A DNA stretch of 64,000 nt, taken from assembly GCF_006345805.1 (NCBI RefSeq), contig NC_043020.1, positions 27,342,001 to 27,406,000 of the forward strand. The letters are read 5' to 3'. Numbering within the stretch: position 1 is the stretch's first letter; every line of letters starts with the position of its first letter. The position numbers and the translations under genes were made by a program. Positions 12,865-27,257 of the stretch are shown here, one piece after another. This DNA is from Octopus sinensis (Eukaryota). The notes under the pieces are model-generated. The model ran no database searches. It was not told where the DNA came from and saw only the letters and a list, made by a program, of their open reading frames with translations.

Positions 12865-13162
12865 GTTTGTTCCTTCTCGAGCCATGCCTGACTTATAAGG
12901 GCCAGTTTTCCGGTTTCCTTGGTGTATAGATTCCCCCCTGGACGGGGCGCCGGTCCATCGCAGGTGAGCTGCAAGATGCAGGAGGAAAGAGTGAGGGAAA
13001 GTTATGGTGAAAGAGTCAGCAGAAGTTTCGCCATTACCTTCTGCCGGAGCCGCATGGAGCTTAGGTGTTTCGCTCATAAACGCACACATCGCCTGGTCTG
13101 AGATTCGAACCTGCGATCCCTCGACCGCAAGTCCGCTGCTCTAACCACTAGGCCATGTCGCC
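12865..13162 (-). mobile_element. tRNA-derived SINE family D
   Basis: Head GGCGACATGGCCTAGTGGTTAGAGCAGCGG...GGTTCGAATC. Second copy at ~19715-19992. Confidence 0.85.
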
Positions 13163-13429
13163 AAAAGTCTTGGTCACCTGTCACTACTTCCATGAGGCCC
13201 AACGTTTCGTGCCATAAATAATATTATTTCCCAGTTTTGGGAAAGTGGGAGAGGGTCAGTCAATTACATCGACCCCAGTGTCTAACAGGTACATATTCCT
13301 TCAACCCCAAGAGGAGGAAAGACGAAGCCAGCCTCAGTGAAATTGGAACTCGGAATATAAAGAGATGGAAGAAATATCAATAGACTTTTTGCCTGAAGAG
13401 ACAATTGGATTAGTTTCCTCATCATTTAC

Positions 13430-13752
13430 ATCATCATCATCGTTTAACGTCCGCTTTCCATGCTAGCATGGTTTGGACGGTTCGACCGAGGTCTGGGAAG
13501 CCAGGAAGCTGCACCAGGCTCCAGTCTGATCTGGCAGTGTTTCTACAGCTGGATGCCCTTCCTAACGCCAACCACTCCATGAGTGTAGTGGGTGCTTTTC
13601 ACGTGCCACCGGCACAGGTGCCAGGGGAGTCTGGCAGTGGTCACAATCGGTTGGTGCTTTTAACGTGCCGCCAGCACGGAAGCCAGTCAAGGCGGCGCTG
13701 GCATCGGCCACGTTCGGATGGTGCTTCTTACATGCCACCGGCACAGAAGCCA
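13430..13752 (-). mobile_element. RTE 3'-end-only fragment (representative)
   Basis: (CAT)n-cgtttaacgtccgctttccatgctagcatggg... matches the RTE 3' terminus. Other copies at ~12600-12850, 15135-15270, 25200-25500(+), 36100-36392(+), 37745-38060, 54085-54260(+) and 56525-56900. Confidence 0.8.
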
Positions 13753-14549
13753 TAGTTATTATTTCCTTGGTCTCAGAGAAATAAATGGCTGAGTGTACTT
13801 TGGTATGGCATATTGGCTCTGAACGCTGAATTTATGGAGGGGCCAAGTCAGCCCAGTTGTGACATTTCACTTCAAACACCCGAGGAAGGAAGTCTGGATG
13901 CGGTTCTTGACATTTTGGTCGGACGCTTTGACTGACTTTTGCCAAAACAGTACACCACAGGAAGAACAACTACCACCACCACCACCACACCTCCTCCTCT
14001 ACACCACCATCACCTACTACTACCACAACTCCCACCACACAGCTCCTTCACTATCACCACCACCATCACCACCATAACCTACTACTTCTGCTACTACTAC
14101 TACTACCACCACCACCACATCTTCCTCCTCATCTTTTTCCTCCTCCTCCCTCCTCTTCTTCTTCTTCCTCCTCCTCTACTTCTGCCTCCTCCTCTTCTTC
14201 TTCCTCTTCTTCTTCCGCCCCTTCTTCCTCTTCCTCCTCTCCTTCCTCTTCCATCACCTGCTGCTGCTGCTGCTGCTACTACTACTACCACCACCACCAC
14301 CACCATCACCTACTACTATACTACTACCACCACTGCCACCACTACTACTACCATCACAACCACTACCACCACTGCTGTTGTTGATACTCCTTTATTTTGG
14401 AATGCAGGGGACTGGAAGCTCCTTTGAAGTTTTTCCGAATCAATCTATGTTTGGATCAATAAACAATTGAGATAAATCAGAGATGAGACTCAAGTCGAAA
14501 CATGTTGATTCATTTAAATTTCAAAATGAAGCTTTACTATCTTTTATTA

Positions 14550-14583
<34 letters not shown>

Positions 14584-15980
14584 GGAAGGTGGTGAGCTGG
14601 CAGAATTGTTAGCATGTTGGATGAAATGCTTAGCGGTATTTCGCCTGCCGCTACGTTCTGAGTTCAAATTCCGCCAAGGTCGACTTTGCCTTTCATCCTT
14701 TCGGGGTCGATAAATTAAGTACCAGTTACACACTGGGGTCGATATAATCAACTTAATACATATGTCTGTCCTTGTTTGTCCCTTCTGTGTTTAGCCCCTT
14801 GTGGGTAATAAAGAAATAGGTATTTTGCCTGTCGCTACGTTCTGAGTTCAAATTCCGCTGAGGTTGACTTTGCCTTTCATCCTTTCAGGGTTGATTAAAT
14901 AAGTACCAGTTATGCACTGGGGGGTCGATATAATCGACTTAATCCGTTTGTTTGTCCTTGTTTGTCCCTTCTGTGTTTAGCCCCTTGTGGGTAGTAAGGA
15001 AATAGGTATTTCACCCGCTAAGCATGGTCGGTCAAATACATCGACCAGTTGAACACTGGGGTCGACGTAATTGACTCATCTCCTCTCACAAAATTGTTAT
15101 CCCTGTGGCAAAAATTGAAACTATTATTATTATTATTATTATTATTCATTTAGCGTCCGCTTTCCATGCTAGCATGGGTTGGATGGTTCAACTGGGGTCT
15201 GTGAAGCCAGAGGGCTGCATCAGGCCCAGTCTGATCTGGCAGTGTTTCTACGGCTGGATGCCCTTCCTATTATTATTATTATTATTCTGCTGAGTTCGAT
15301 TTTGCCTTTCATCCTTACGTTAGGCCTGGTGCCTTTAGTAAAAAGTATTATTATTATTGAGTGAGAGTGCAGTGCATGCCATCAAAGAGACATCGAGGTA
15401 ACATCATATTTGTTTATAAGATGACTGCTTTGAGACTCTGAAATTTTTGACTAATGCCAGTATAATAGTATAATACAGAATGCTGTGTGTGAATTTTACC
15501 TGAGAATGCGCCTTAAGAATGTAAGAATATAAAATAAAGCTATGTAGGCCAATAGGCAGACTTACAACCAAATCGACTTATGACCAGTCAGTCGGAACCA
15601 GTTGTGGTCATAAGTCGACGACGACCTGTATTATATTTCAGTTTTATCTCCTTTCGGATTGACACTTTTATTATTATGTTTTTCTTTTATCTGTTTCAGT
15701 CATTAGGCTGTGACCATGCTGGGGCACTGCTTTGAAGAAATTTTAGTCAAATGAATTGACCTCACTCTCTTTTACTTGTTTCAGTCATTTGACTGTGGCC
15801 ATGCTGGAGCACTGCCTTTTTTAGTCGAGCAACTCGACCCCGGGACTTATTCTTTGTAAGCCCAGTACTTATTCTATCGGTCTATTTTGCCGAACCGCTA
15901 AGTGACGGGGACGTAAACACACCAGCATCGGTTGTCGAGCAATGCTAGGGGGACAAACACAGACACACAAACACACACAC

Positions 15981-16045
<65 letters not shown>

Positions 16046-17417
16046 TACGACAGGCTTCTTTCAGTTTCCGTCTACCAAATCCACTCACAAGGCATTGGTC
16101 GGCCCGGGGCTATAGCAGAAGACACTTGCCCAAGATGCCACGCAGTGGGACTGAACCCGGAACCATGTGGTTGGTAAACAAGCTACTTACCACACAGCCA
16201 CTCCTTGCTGAACTGCTAAGTCATGGGGACATAAACATACTAACATTGGTTTCAGTGCCACCCAACCAGAAGAAACGCCTGGACACTTTAGAAATACCCT
16301 ACGACCTTGGTGTATTTGTCTGTGGTCCTTGTTGTGACTTGTGACATACCAGTCCCTTTTGCTGAGCTGCTAAGTTATGGGGATGTAAACACACCAACAT
16401 TTGTTGTCAAGCAGTGGTGGGAGACAACCACACACACACACAACAGGCTTCTTTCAGTTTCCCTCTACTGAATCCACTCATGAGGCTTTGGTTCGTTTGA
16501 AGCTATATACTTGGCCAAGGTGCCATGCGGTGAGACTGAACCAAGAACCATGTGGTTGGGGAGCAAACTTCTTATTTCTTTGTTGCCCACAAGGGGCTAA
16601 ACATAGAGGGGACAAACAAAGACAGATAAATGGATTAAGTCGATTACATCGACCCCAGTGCGTAACTGGTACTTAATTTATCGACCCCGAAAGGATGAAA
16701 GGCAAAGTCGACCTGGGTGGAGTTTGAATTCAGAACGTAACGGCAGACGAAATACCTATTTCTTTACTACCCACAAGGGGCTAAACATAGAGGGGACAAA
16801 CAAGGACAGATAAACGGATTAAGTCGATTACATCAACCCCAGTGCGTAACTGGTATTTTATTTATCGACCCCAAAAAGATGAAAGACAAAGTCGACCTCG
16901 GCGGAATTTGAACTCAGAACGTAACGGCAGACGAAATACCTATTTCTTTACTATCCACAAGGGGCTAAACACAGAAGGGACAAATAAGGACAGACAAAGG
17001 AATTAAGTCGATTACACTGACACCAGTGCGTAACTGGTACTTTATTTATCGACCCCCGAAAGGATGAAAGGCAAAGTCGACCTTGGCGGAATTTGAACTC
17101 AGAACGTAAACGCATACAAAATACCACCACGTATTTTGCCTAGTGTGCTAACGTTTCTGCCATCTTGCTGCCTTCTTACCACACAGCCACCCCTGCACCT
17201 ACTGCATATTTCTTTATATTTTAGTTAAGGAAACTACCATACAGGATGTAAAATTTGTAGTTTTGGATGTGACGTTCCATGTTACAGAAATTGCCCATCA
17301 GTGTGGCCGCTGTAGGTTTGTTGTCATTCACAAATTTCACGTAGCTGATAGGCAGATGAAAGTTTAACATTTCTTAGAATGTTTCTTGGAGAGTAACAGA
17401 TTCATTAAATAACTAAA

Positions 17418-18392
17418 CCCTTTTGTGACCCACCTGACTGAAACCGCCTCTGGCTCTATAGTACAAAAATCTTCTTTTCCTAAGTTCTGAATTAAAATCT
17501 TCCACCAAACCTTAGCCACAATTTATGTTCCTAACACCAGCTGAATGATAACTAAGTTATTTTACTAATTTCTTTTTTATATTTAATGTAATTGAAAGAA
17601 ACACAGAGCATCTCAACAGAAATATGGTAACAAAAGGGTTAAGATATATAATAGGGAAACAATTCTTAACCCTTTTGATACCAACCTGGCTGAAACCGGT
17701 TCTGGCTCTGTAGTACAATGTCTTGTTTTCATAAGTTTTGAATTAAAATCTTCCACCAAACCTTAGCCACAATTTATGTTCTAACACCAGTTTAATGATA
17801 ACTAAGTTATTTTACTAATTTCTTTTTTATATTTAATGTAATTGAAAGAAACACAGAGCATCTCAACAGAAATATGGTAACAAAAGGGTTAAGATATATA
17901 ATAGAGAAACAATTCTTAACCCTTTTGATACCAACCTGGCTGAAACCGGTTCTGGCTCTGTAGTACAAATGTCTTGTTTTCATAAGTTTTGAATTAAAAT
18001 CTTCCACCAAACCTTAGCCACAATTTATGTTCCTAACACCAGTTTAATGATAACTAAGTTATTTTACTAATTTCTTTTTTATATTTAATGTAATTGAAAG
18101 AAACACAGAGCATCTCAACAGAAATATGGTAACAAAAGGGTTAAGATATATAATAGAGAAACAATTCTTAACCCTTTTGATACCAACCTGGCTGAAACCG
18201 GTTCTGGCTCTGTAGTACAAATGTCTTGTTTTCATAAGTTTTGTATTAAAATCTTCCACCAAACCTTAGTCACAATTTTTGTTCCTAACACTAGCTTAAT
18301 GATAACTAAGTTGTTTTCCTAAATTCTTTGTTACATTGAAAGTAATTGAAAGAAACGCAGAGCATCTCAACAGAAATACGGTAATGGAAGGG
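17418..18392 (-). mobile_element. Tandem array (4 units, ~252-bp period) of a piggyBac-type TTAA MITE
   Basis: Each ~221-bp unit runs TTAA-CCCTTTTG(A/T)TACCA...TGGTA(A/T)CAAAAGGG-TTAA. Units are separated by a 23-bp spacer. Confidence 0.85.
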
Positions 18393-20279
18393 TTAGGAAA
18401 CGTATCAGGTGTGGTTGATATATGTTGAGCAAGAGGTCTAACAGGATCATGTATCTGCCCTACATAACTACCAACATACTCTAAGCGATTCTGCACATGT
18501 GCTAAAAGACTGCAATTTTGGCATTATTTCATTATTAGTAACAATTATCATGCCTAGCAAATTTGGTCGATCTGGCTTCCTAGCTTAAACTGCTTCACAT
18601 GCAGAACCAATTTTTTTTTATACATTTAACCAAAAAGCAAACTGTATCTTATACACCAACAAACACAGTGTTTATGCTGTCTAATTCCTTGATTCCTTAA
18701 ATATTTCTATCTCCATGTTTGGTCTACAGTAATTCCTCAACTATCTCAGGTGTTACGTTCTGAACCCCCCCCCACCCAGTGATAGGTGAAAATCTGCAAA
18801 GGGGAAACAGTATTGCACTGTTTGTTTTTTTTTTCTTTTAATTATTTTTATAATTTGTATCTCTTTTACTCTTTACTCTTTTACTTGTTTCAGTCATGTG
18901 ACTGCGGCCATGCTGGAGCACCGCCTTTTAGTCGATCAAATCGACCCCGGGACTTATTCTTTGTAAGCCCAGTACTTATTCTATCGGTCTCTTCTGCTGA
19001 ATCGCTAAGTTACTGGGACGTAAGCACACCAGCATCGGTTGTCAAGCGATGTTGGGGTGACAAACACAGACACACAAACACACACACACACACACACAAA
19101 CACACATATATATATATATATATACATGATGGGCTTCTTTTTAGTTTCCATCTACTAAATCCACTCACAAGGCTTTGGTCGGCCCAAGGCTACAGTTGAA
19201 GACACCTGCCCAAGGTGCCACACAGTGGGACTGAACCCAGAACCATGTGGTTGGTAAGCAAGCTACTTACCACACAGCCACTCCTGCACCTGTAAGCAAT
19301 AGGTGAACTGCGATATGGCAAGGAATTACTGTAATACTCTTATCTCAGCTTTTTCTTTTCATCAATTATAATATTAGTGTTTGTTATTTATTTTCCTCTC
19401 TTCAAGATAGCTTTGGTGCATTTTTTTTTCTTTCTAAGTGGAATCTTAGATATATTTCTTTGGTAAATTCATGTCCTGTCTGCTGTAATATTTCAAGTTT
19501 GGTTATCATTTTTAATGGCTAGCTGGTCAGATTCATTAGCACATCGGACAAAATGCTCTGCAGTATTTCTTCCAGTTCTTTACCTTTCATCCTTTCGGGG
19601 TTGATAAAACAGATACCTGTTGAGTACAGGAGTTGATCTAATCAACATACCTCATCCCACTAAAATTTCTGGCTTTTTGCCAAAATCTGAAAGAATTATT
19701 ATTATTATTATTGTTGTTCCTTCTCGAGCCACGCCTGACTCATAAGGGCCGGTTTCCTTGGCGTATAGGTTCCCCACCTGGACGGGACGCCTGTCCATCG
19801 CTGGTGAGCTGCAAGATGCAGGGGGAAAGAGTGAGAGAAAGTTGTGGCGAAAGAGTCAGCAGAAGTTTCACCATTCCCTTCTGCCGGAGCCGCGTGGAGC
19901 TGAGGTGTTTCACTCATAAACACACACATTGCCCAGTCTGAGATCCCTCGACCACGAGTCTGCTGCTCTAACCACTAGGCCATGTGCCTCCACATTATTA
20001 TTATTGCATGTTATTCTTCTGGAGTCTTTGAAACGAAGTACCAGTCATGTACTGAGGTTGATCTAATCTAATGGTTTATCCTCTGAAACGTATGACCATA
20101 TTTGGTGCTCGTCCAGTTCAAGTCTGCTAAAGTATATTTTGTGAATGTGAGAGAGAGGGAGAGGGAGAAAAAAATATATACTGGGGGAAAGACAGTGAGA
20201 GAGAGGGGCATACACTGTGAGAAATCAAGTGGGAGGGAGGAGAGAGACAGAGCGAGAGAGACAGAGACGCAGAGAGAGT

Positions 20280-20340
<61 letters not shown>

Positions 20341-21224
20341 GCAGGCAGGCAGGCAGGCAGGCAGGAGAGATAAACAGAAACTTTGCATAAAAATGCACCA
20401 AAGTTGGGGGGAAACAAAGGACCTAATGGCAAACACCATATTGGTTTCAAATTTTGGTACCAGGGCAGCATTTATGGGAGGTGGTGTTTGTTGATTACAT
20501 TGACCCCAGTGCACAACTGGTACTTTGTTTAGTGAGAATTTGAACTCAGAACGTAAAGACAGACAAAATGTTGCTAAGCATTTTGCCCACCATGCTAACA
20601 GTTCTACCACCTTACCATTCTAACAAATACTGTATTAGTCTTGGAAGCATTAATTGTATCAAACTGGAAGTTCACCGCTGCCTGGGCTTGCACTGAGCAC
20701 CATTGACCGAGAGCTCCTAGAACGGTGAAGAACAGATTGGAGCAGGTAGAAAGTCAAAACACAACACCTGGAGAACAGATTGGAGCAGGTAGAAAGTCAA
20801 AATACAACGCCTGGAGAGTAGCTTCAGTATGCTAAGAACCGGAAAACTCGTGTTGTTGTTGTTATAAGGCCTCTGGGTGTGTGTTTATAGGTGGGTGTAT
20901 GTGGGTGTGTGTATTAAACTGTTTTGACAAGGTTGTTTCTGAGAATGTATTTGCTGTCCTAACAGGTTCTGCCGTGTTTGGAGTTGTCAGAGGACAGCCA
21001 TTGCAGCCGCCAGTTGAAACAGTACACACACGTGAGTGTGCATTGTACACATGCATACATATGCACATATTGTACACATGAATGCATGCATGCACATACA
21101 CACATGCACATACGCACACAAGTCAACTTTAGTTGTTTTTTTTAAGAAAAAAAATCTTGAAAACTGAAAATGCGTTTTTTGTATCAGATATTGTGTGCTT
21201 GTCTTTTATATATGAATTTATGTT

Positions 21225-22430
21225 TGTATGTGTGTGTGTGTGTGTGTGGTGTGTGTGTGTGTGTGTGTGTGTGTGCATGTGTGTATGTATGTGTGTGTGT
21301 GTATGTATGTACATGTGTGTATGTATGTACATGTGTGTATGTATGTACATGTGTGTATGTATGTGTGTATGTATGTATGTACATGTGTGTATGTATGTAC
21401 ATGTGTGTATGTATGTGTGTATGTATGTATGTACATGTGTGTATGTATGTACATGTGTGTATGTATGTGTGTATGTATGTATGTACATGTGTGTATGTAT
21501 GTACATGTGTGTATGTACATGTGTGTATGTATGTGTGTATGTATGTACATGTATGTATGTGTGTGTATGTATGTACATGTATGTATGTACATGTATGTAT
21601 GTATGTGTGTGTCTGCACATACACACACATACATACACACATGTACATACATACACATACATACACACACGCACATACAAAGTTCTCTTGCACCACACAA
21701 ACCTGCAGTGCCCCCTACCCCCTCCGACATCCTCAGGGGTTAAGGGACTCATTATTATCAGTCTTTGCCTCTCTCCCTCTCCTTTCTCTCTATGTCTGTC
21801 TCTGTTTTCTCTCGCTCTCCTTTCTGTTTCTCTCCCTTTCTCTCTTTTTCCTTGTGTCTGTCTGTCTGTCTGTCTTTGTCTCTCTGCCTCTCTTTCTTTC
21901 TCTCTGTCTTTCTTTTTCTCTGTCTTTCTTTCTCTCTGTCTTTCTTTCTCTCTCTCTTTCTTTCTCTCTCTCACTTTTCTTCTCTGCTTGTCTGTGTCTC
22001 TCCCAGTCTCTGTTTATACTCCTGCCTGCCTGCCTGTCTGTCTGTCTGTCTCTCTCTCTCTATGTCTCTCTCTGTGTCTCTGTCTCTCTCGCTCTGTCTC
22101 TCTTTCTCCTCCCACCCACTTGATTCCTCACTGTATGCCTCTCTCTCTCTTTCCTCCCCAATGTATATTTCTGTCTCCCTCTCTCTCCCTACCTCCCCCC
22201 ACTCTCTCCCTCTCTCCCCCCTCTCTCTCTTCCCCCAATATATATTTCTTTCTCCTCTCTCTCCCTCTCTCTCTCTCTGTCTTTCCCCCAGTATATATTT
22301 CTTTCTCCCTCTCTCCCTCTCTCTCACATCCCTTTCTCTCCCTCTCGCTCATTCACCCCCCCACCATTAATTACCCTCTCCTTCCTCTCCCCCTACTCCC
22401 TACATCTCCCCTATTTACTTAAACCAATCC
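21225..22430. repeat. Compound microsatellite (TG/TGTA/TACA)n followed by CT-rich tract
   Basis: Direct reading. Explains the long VCMY and HTHT ORFs. Confidence 0.95.
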
Positions 22431-22590
22431 TTCCTCCCCACTCCTCGTTCTCCCCTTACTCTCCACTCAGCTGTCATCACAGAATTTACACATGTTGTTA
22501 CATTGTTTTCTTTGCTCTAAACAAGTGTTTCTGTCTGTGTGTCTGAATATCAATATGTACACCTGTGCACAGGGCATGCCTATGTGTGCA

Positions 22591-22655
<65 letters not shown>

Positions 22656-22799
22656 GTAGGGGGTTGGGGTTGTTCCATACTTAATTTCCTGCCATGTACA
22701 ACAGATTTAATTAGGTGTAAGTGACCCAGGAACATTTGTGGTGATGGGAACGGGGACGGGGACAGGATTAGGGAAGGCATGTAAAGGAATTGCTCTGCA

Positions 22800-23400
22800 G
22801 TCAACCACCACTACCACCACCACAACAAGAAGGCCACCACTACTACCACAACCACCATTGCAACAATGCCACCACTACCACCATCACAACTACCACCACT
22901 ACAGCGCCGCCACCACCACAACCATCACAACGCCACCACAACCACTACCACCACAACCACTACCACCACAACAACCACCACCACAACCACCGTCATCACA
23001 ATGCCACCACTATCACCACCACCACCACATCACCACCACCACAACAACACCACCACAACCATCACCTCCAACATTACAACCAAAACAACCACCGGCAGCA
23101 CTACCACCACCATTATCACAATTACCTCCTCCATCAACACCGCCACCACCATCACCATTATCACAACTATCTCCTCCACCCCCACCACCATTATTTATTT
23201 CAACTACTGCCTTCATCACTACCTCAATAGCCATCACCACTACCACCACACCATCACCATCATTGCCACATCTATTATCACAACTACTTCCACGATTACT
23301 ACCACCACAGCAACACCACCCACTACTATAGTCACCATTGTTACAGCCATCAGCAGCAGCACCACCACCACCACTACCATCACCACAGCAACCACTATTA
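22800..23400. repeat. (ACC/ACA/ATC)n degenerate trinucleotide tract; similar tract at 13970-14380
   Basis: Direct reading. Confidence 0.9.
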
Positions 23401-23689
23401 CTTCATACTTTCAGGGGTCAATAAAATAAGTATCACTTGAGTACCAGGGTCATTGTAACTGAAACCTTCCCCTGAAATACCTTGCATTTTGGTAAAATTT
23501 AAAAGCATTGTTCCATCATTTATGTCTAAGCTATTACATACCTGCTGTTTTGAGACCTGTATGTCAAAGAATAGACCCATTTATGTCTTTCTTAGCCATT
23601 AATAACTGCTGTTTTAGTTAGTTTGTTAATTTTTTGGCTCAAAAAGCAAAAAGCAAGGCCATGTAGGGGGACATGGAGTTATGTACAGG

Positions 23690-23935
23690 GTGGTGTTCAT
23701 GTAAAGAGTTCAGGCCATTTGTGGTCAAGGGAGACTTTGAACCAAGCGGTCGTTGGCATCTTCACTATCTCGTCCGGCAGCTTATTCCACGGATCTGCAA
23801 CCCGGACGGAGAAAGCCCCTCTCCTTCGATTGAGATGAAATCGTCGCAGATAGAGCTTTTCGGAGTGACCCCGCAGCCGACGCTCTGGAGCAGGAGTGAA
23901 GAACAGCTCTTTCGAGAGGTTACACTTTCCGCTTA
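23690..23935 (-). mobile_element. CR1/L2-type LINE 3' fragment
   Basis: RLRGHSEKLYLRRFHLNRRRGAFSVRVADPWNKLPDEIVKMPTTAWFKVSLD, a typical CR1 ORF2 C-terminus (RGH..KL / FS.RV...WN.LP / FK..LD). Confidence 0.85.
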
Positions 23936-24949
23936 TGATGGGACCAGCTTGCCAAAGAATAGACCCAACATCTCTTCTGCATGTCATAAAAAGTGACCAA
24001 AAGAGGTCGTAGCAGGATTTTCATTCTAACCTTGGAAGTACCCTCATCAGCATTGACCACCCAGACCAGCAATGCACAACCTGCAGCCAGCGAAAGCATT
24101 TTTTGCAGGCCATGAAGCCGTTTTGCAAAGACTTTCTTATTTTAATAAATAACTGAAAATTGACATCGCAAACTGCTTGTACCATAATCACACACTGACA
24201 ACACACATACAGTATTTATTTATTAACTTTTATTATTATATTTCCTTATGAAGCTGGCAGAATTGTTAGCACGTTAGACGAAATGCTTAGCGGTATTTTG
24301 CTTGTCCCTACGTTCTGAGTTCAAATTCCACCAAGGTTGACTTTGCCTTTAATCCTTTTGGTGTTGATAAATTAAGTACCAGTGAAACACTGGGGTCGAT
24401 GTAATCGACTAGTTCACTTACCCCCAAATTTCAGGCCTTGTGCCTATAATAGAAAGGATTATTATTATTATTATTAATTATTGTAAAGGTGGCGAGCTGG
24501 CAGAATCGTTAGCAGTATTTTGTCCGTCGCTATGTTCTGATTTCAAATTTCACCAAGGTTGACTTTGCCTTTTATCCTTTTGGGGTCAATAAATTAAGTA
24601 CCAGTGTTTCACTGGTGGTGGTGGTGAGGGGGGTAGCGATTTACCTACAAATACCTGGGCTCCCTACTCCTTCTAGTTTCCTCTATTCCCTTTTATTTGT
24701 CTTCCTTAATGTTGCTGGTAAATGGGGTAAAAAACCCCTTCAGTCATGAATGACCTTGGGATTGCACCTAGAAAGTTAACCTCATGACTGGCACAAACTA
24801 ATTAGATTTTGGTATCAATCCGGTACCGGACAAGGATTCTGGATTATTTTTCCTGTTTTTTTACTTAATTTTTGCAAGCAGTCGGGTCCATTTTTTTGTA
24901 TTCTCGTTTGTGAAAGCATTCAAATTTATTTCAGATATTCTCATTTTAA

Positions 24950-25170
24950 CCCTTTAGTGTTTGCATTATTCTGCCAAAATTAATCCTTTTTTATCCACAT
25001 TGTTTTGAACTAATCATGCATTATCTTGTAGCCATGAGATTTTGATGAGGTAGCTGTTAATTTTTAAAACGATATTGTAGGGTAGGTGTGAGAGACCAGA
25101 CAGGGCTTGTTTGAACATAAAACAGGCAGAATACTTTTGGCCGGATATAACCGGTTTAAATGCTAAAGGG
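24950..25170. mobile_element. Different piggyBac-type MITE (221 bp)
   Basis: TTAA-CCCTTTAG...CTAAAGGG-TTAA. A related partial copy lies at ~57290-57390. Confidence 0.75.
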
Positions 25171-26066
25171 TTAAAAATTTAAAAAAAAACATAAAAGGGC
25201 ACCATTTGAGCGTGATCGTTACCAACGTCACCTTACTGGCACCTGTGCCGGTGGCACGTGTAAAAAGATTCGAGCGAGGTCATTGCCAGTACTGCCTGAC
25301 TGGCCCTCGTGCCGGCGGTACCTAAAAAGCACCCACTACACTCTCGGAGTGGTAGGCATTAGGAAGGGCGTCCAGCTGTAGAAACTCTGCCAGATCAAGA
25401 TTGGAGCCTGGTGTGGCTGTTTGGTTCGCCAGCCCTCAGTCGAAATCGTCCAACCCATGCTAGCATGGAAAGCCGACGTTAAACGATGATGATGATGATG
25501 ATGATCTCTGGCTAATCGTTGAGAGGATGTTGGTGTTGCCTTGGCCGAGGTTGACTCTCTCTGAGTGCTCTTATTCTTTACTCTTTTACTCTTTTCAGTC
25601 ATTTGACTGCGGCCATGCTGGAGCACCGCCTTTAGTCGAGCAACTTGACCCCAGGACTTATTCTTTGTAAGCCCAGTACTTATTCTATCGGTCTCTTTTG
25701 CCGAACCGCTAAGTGACGGGGACATAAACACACAAGCATCGGTTGTCAAGCAATGCTAGGGGGACAAACACAGACACACAAACACACACATATATATACA
25801 TATATGCGACGGGCTTCTTTCAGTTTCCGTCTACCAAATCCACTCACAAGGCATTGGTCGGCCCGAGGCTATAGTAGAAGACACTTGCCCAAGATGCCAC
25901 GCAGTGGGACTGAACCCGGAACCATGTGGTTGGTTAGCAAGCTACTTACCACACAGCCACTCCTGCGCCTATTGTTGCTCTTGTTGCATGTTATTATTGT
26001 TTTTACACAATTTTCCATTTCCTTATTTTTAAAGAATTTTTTGCTTTGTGTGTTTTGTCTTTGCAG

Positions 26067-26225
26067 TTACGTTGATCAGCTCCATGTTGATGTTCATCCT
26101 GTTCATATCAGAGCTCAACTATTATCTCACCAAAGAAGTTCATCCAGAACTGTTTGTCGACACATCCAGGGGACACAAAATACCCATCCACATCGATGTT
26201 ACCTTCCCGAGGCTGGCATGCTCAC
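26067..26225 (+). CDS. ERGIC3: ERGIC3 internal coding exon (159 nt; N-terminal TM segment and start of luminal domain)
   Basis: ttgcag|TTACG...CTCAC|gtgag. Translates (V)TLISSMLMFILFISELNYYLTKEVHPELFVDTSRGHKIPIHIDVTFPRLACS, matching the ERGIC3/Erv46 motif SELxYYLTxEVHPELxVD. Confidence 0.95.
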
Positions 26226-26968
26226 GTGAGTCAAACCCACCTTCCAGCGTTTCCATCTTTAGATTTTTTATCTCTCTCTCTCTCTTTTCTCTCTTTCTCT
26301 TCCCATCTTTGTCTCTCTCTCTCACTTTTCTCTCTTCCTTCCTTTCTACCCCTTTCTCTCTTTTCTGCATTCCTTTCTCTGTCTGTGTCATTCCCTTTCC
26401 CTCCTACTCCCCCTCTCTCTCACCTCTCCGTCTCTCTCTCTCACCTCTCTGTCTGTCTATCTCTCTCTCACCTCTGTCTCTCTCTCTCTCAAGTCTGTCT
26501 CTCAACTCTTTGTCTCTCTGTTTCCCCTCTCTCTCTTCCCCTTCTCCCCCTCACCTTCTCACCACCCCTGTCTCCTCCCCTCCTCTTATCCTCTCTCCAT
26601 CTCCCTTACAGTATACAGAGTTGATAAGACAAAGATCGATCACATCCCTAGAGGGATTCCACCATTTAAAGCCCCACCCCATCCCCTCATAAACACGTGA
26701 CTCCAGTACCAATGCAAGAACGATTGGCAGAACCAGTCAACCATCAGAACTTCATAGTATTTCTTCCAATGCTCTGCATTCTGAGTTCAAATCTCACTGA
26801 GGATAACTTTGCCTTTTGCCCTTCTGGGCTCCAGGGTTCACAAACATGTTTGTTTGTTTGTTTGTCTGTCAATCTGACCACCACCTCTTTTGTGATTGTC
26901 CCGTGAATGTAAACACCACCACATTTTTTTATTATTATTTTGTCTTTTTTTTTGTTTTTCCTTTCCAG

Positions 26969-27088
26969 TTCTCAGCACTGACGCCATGGATGCGTCGGGT
27001 GAACAACAGATCGATGTGGATCACAACTTGTTTAAGCGTCGGCTCACCTTGGATGGAGAACCCATCTCTACTGATGTGGAGAAACAAG
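26969..27088 (+). CDS. ERGIC3: ERGIC3 coding exon (120 nt)
   Basis: ctttccag|TTCTC...ACAAG|gtaac. (L)LSTDAMDASGEQQIDVDHNLFKRRLTLDGEPISTDVEKQ; phase matches the previous exon. Confidence 0.95.
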
Positions 27089-27257
27089 GTAACGGAATCT
27101 GGCTCACAATTGCCATGTTGTTGTTGTTGTTGTCCTCGTTGTTGTTATTTGCCATTCCCCACTTCTCCTGCTACGTGACAGACCCTTGATCCAGCAACCC
27201 TTTAGTCATGGAAGTTTCAACTACACCCATCCCATTTTATGTATTTAAGAATCGTAA

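Noticed and set aside
13939-14427. Pro/Thr/His-rich mucin-like ORFs (also 22738-23429)
   Set aside because: Trinucleotide repeat tracts open in several frames, with no exon boundaries.
17807-18262. Recurrent 67-aa ORF MVEDFN(S/T)KLMKTRH... (also 27390 and 39288)
   Set aside because: Chance ORF across the TTAA MITE and spacer junction; no domain similarity recognised.
17418-18392. CRISPR-like repeat-spacer appearance of the MITE arrays and minisatellites
   Set aside because: Eukaryotic context, invariant spacers, units far too long, no cas genes.
21129-22422. Overlapping 170-429-aa ORFs
   Set aside because: Translations of (TG)/(TGTA)/(CT) microsatellites.
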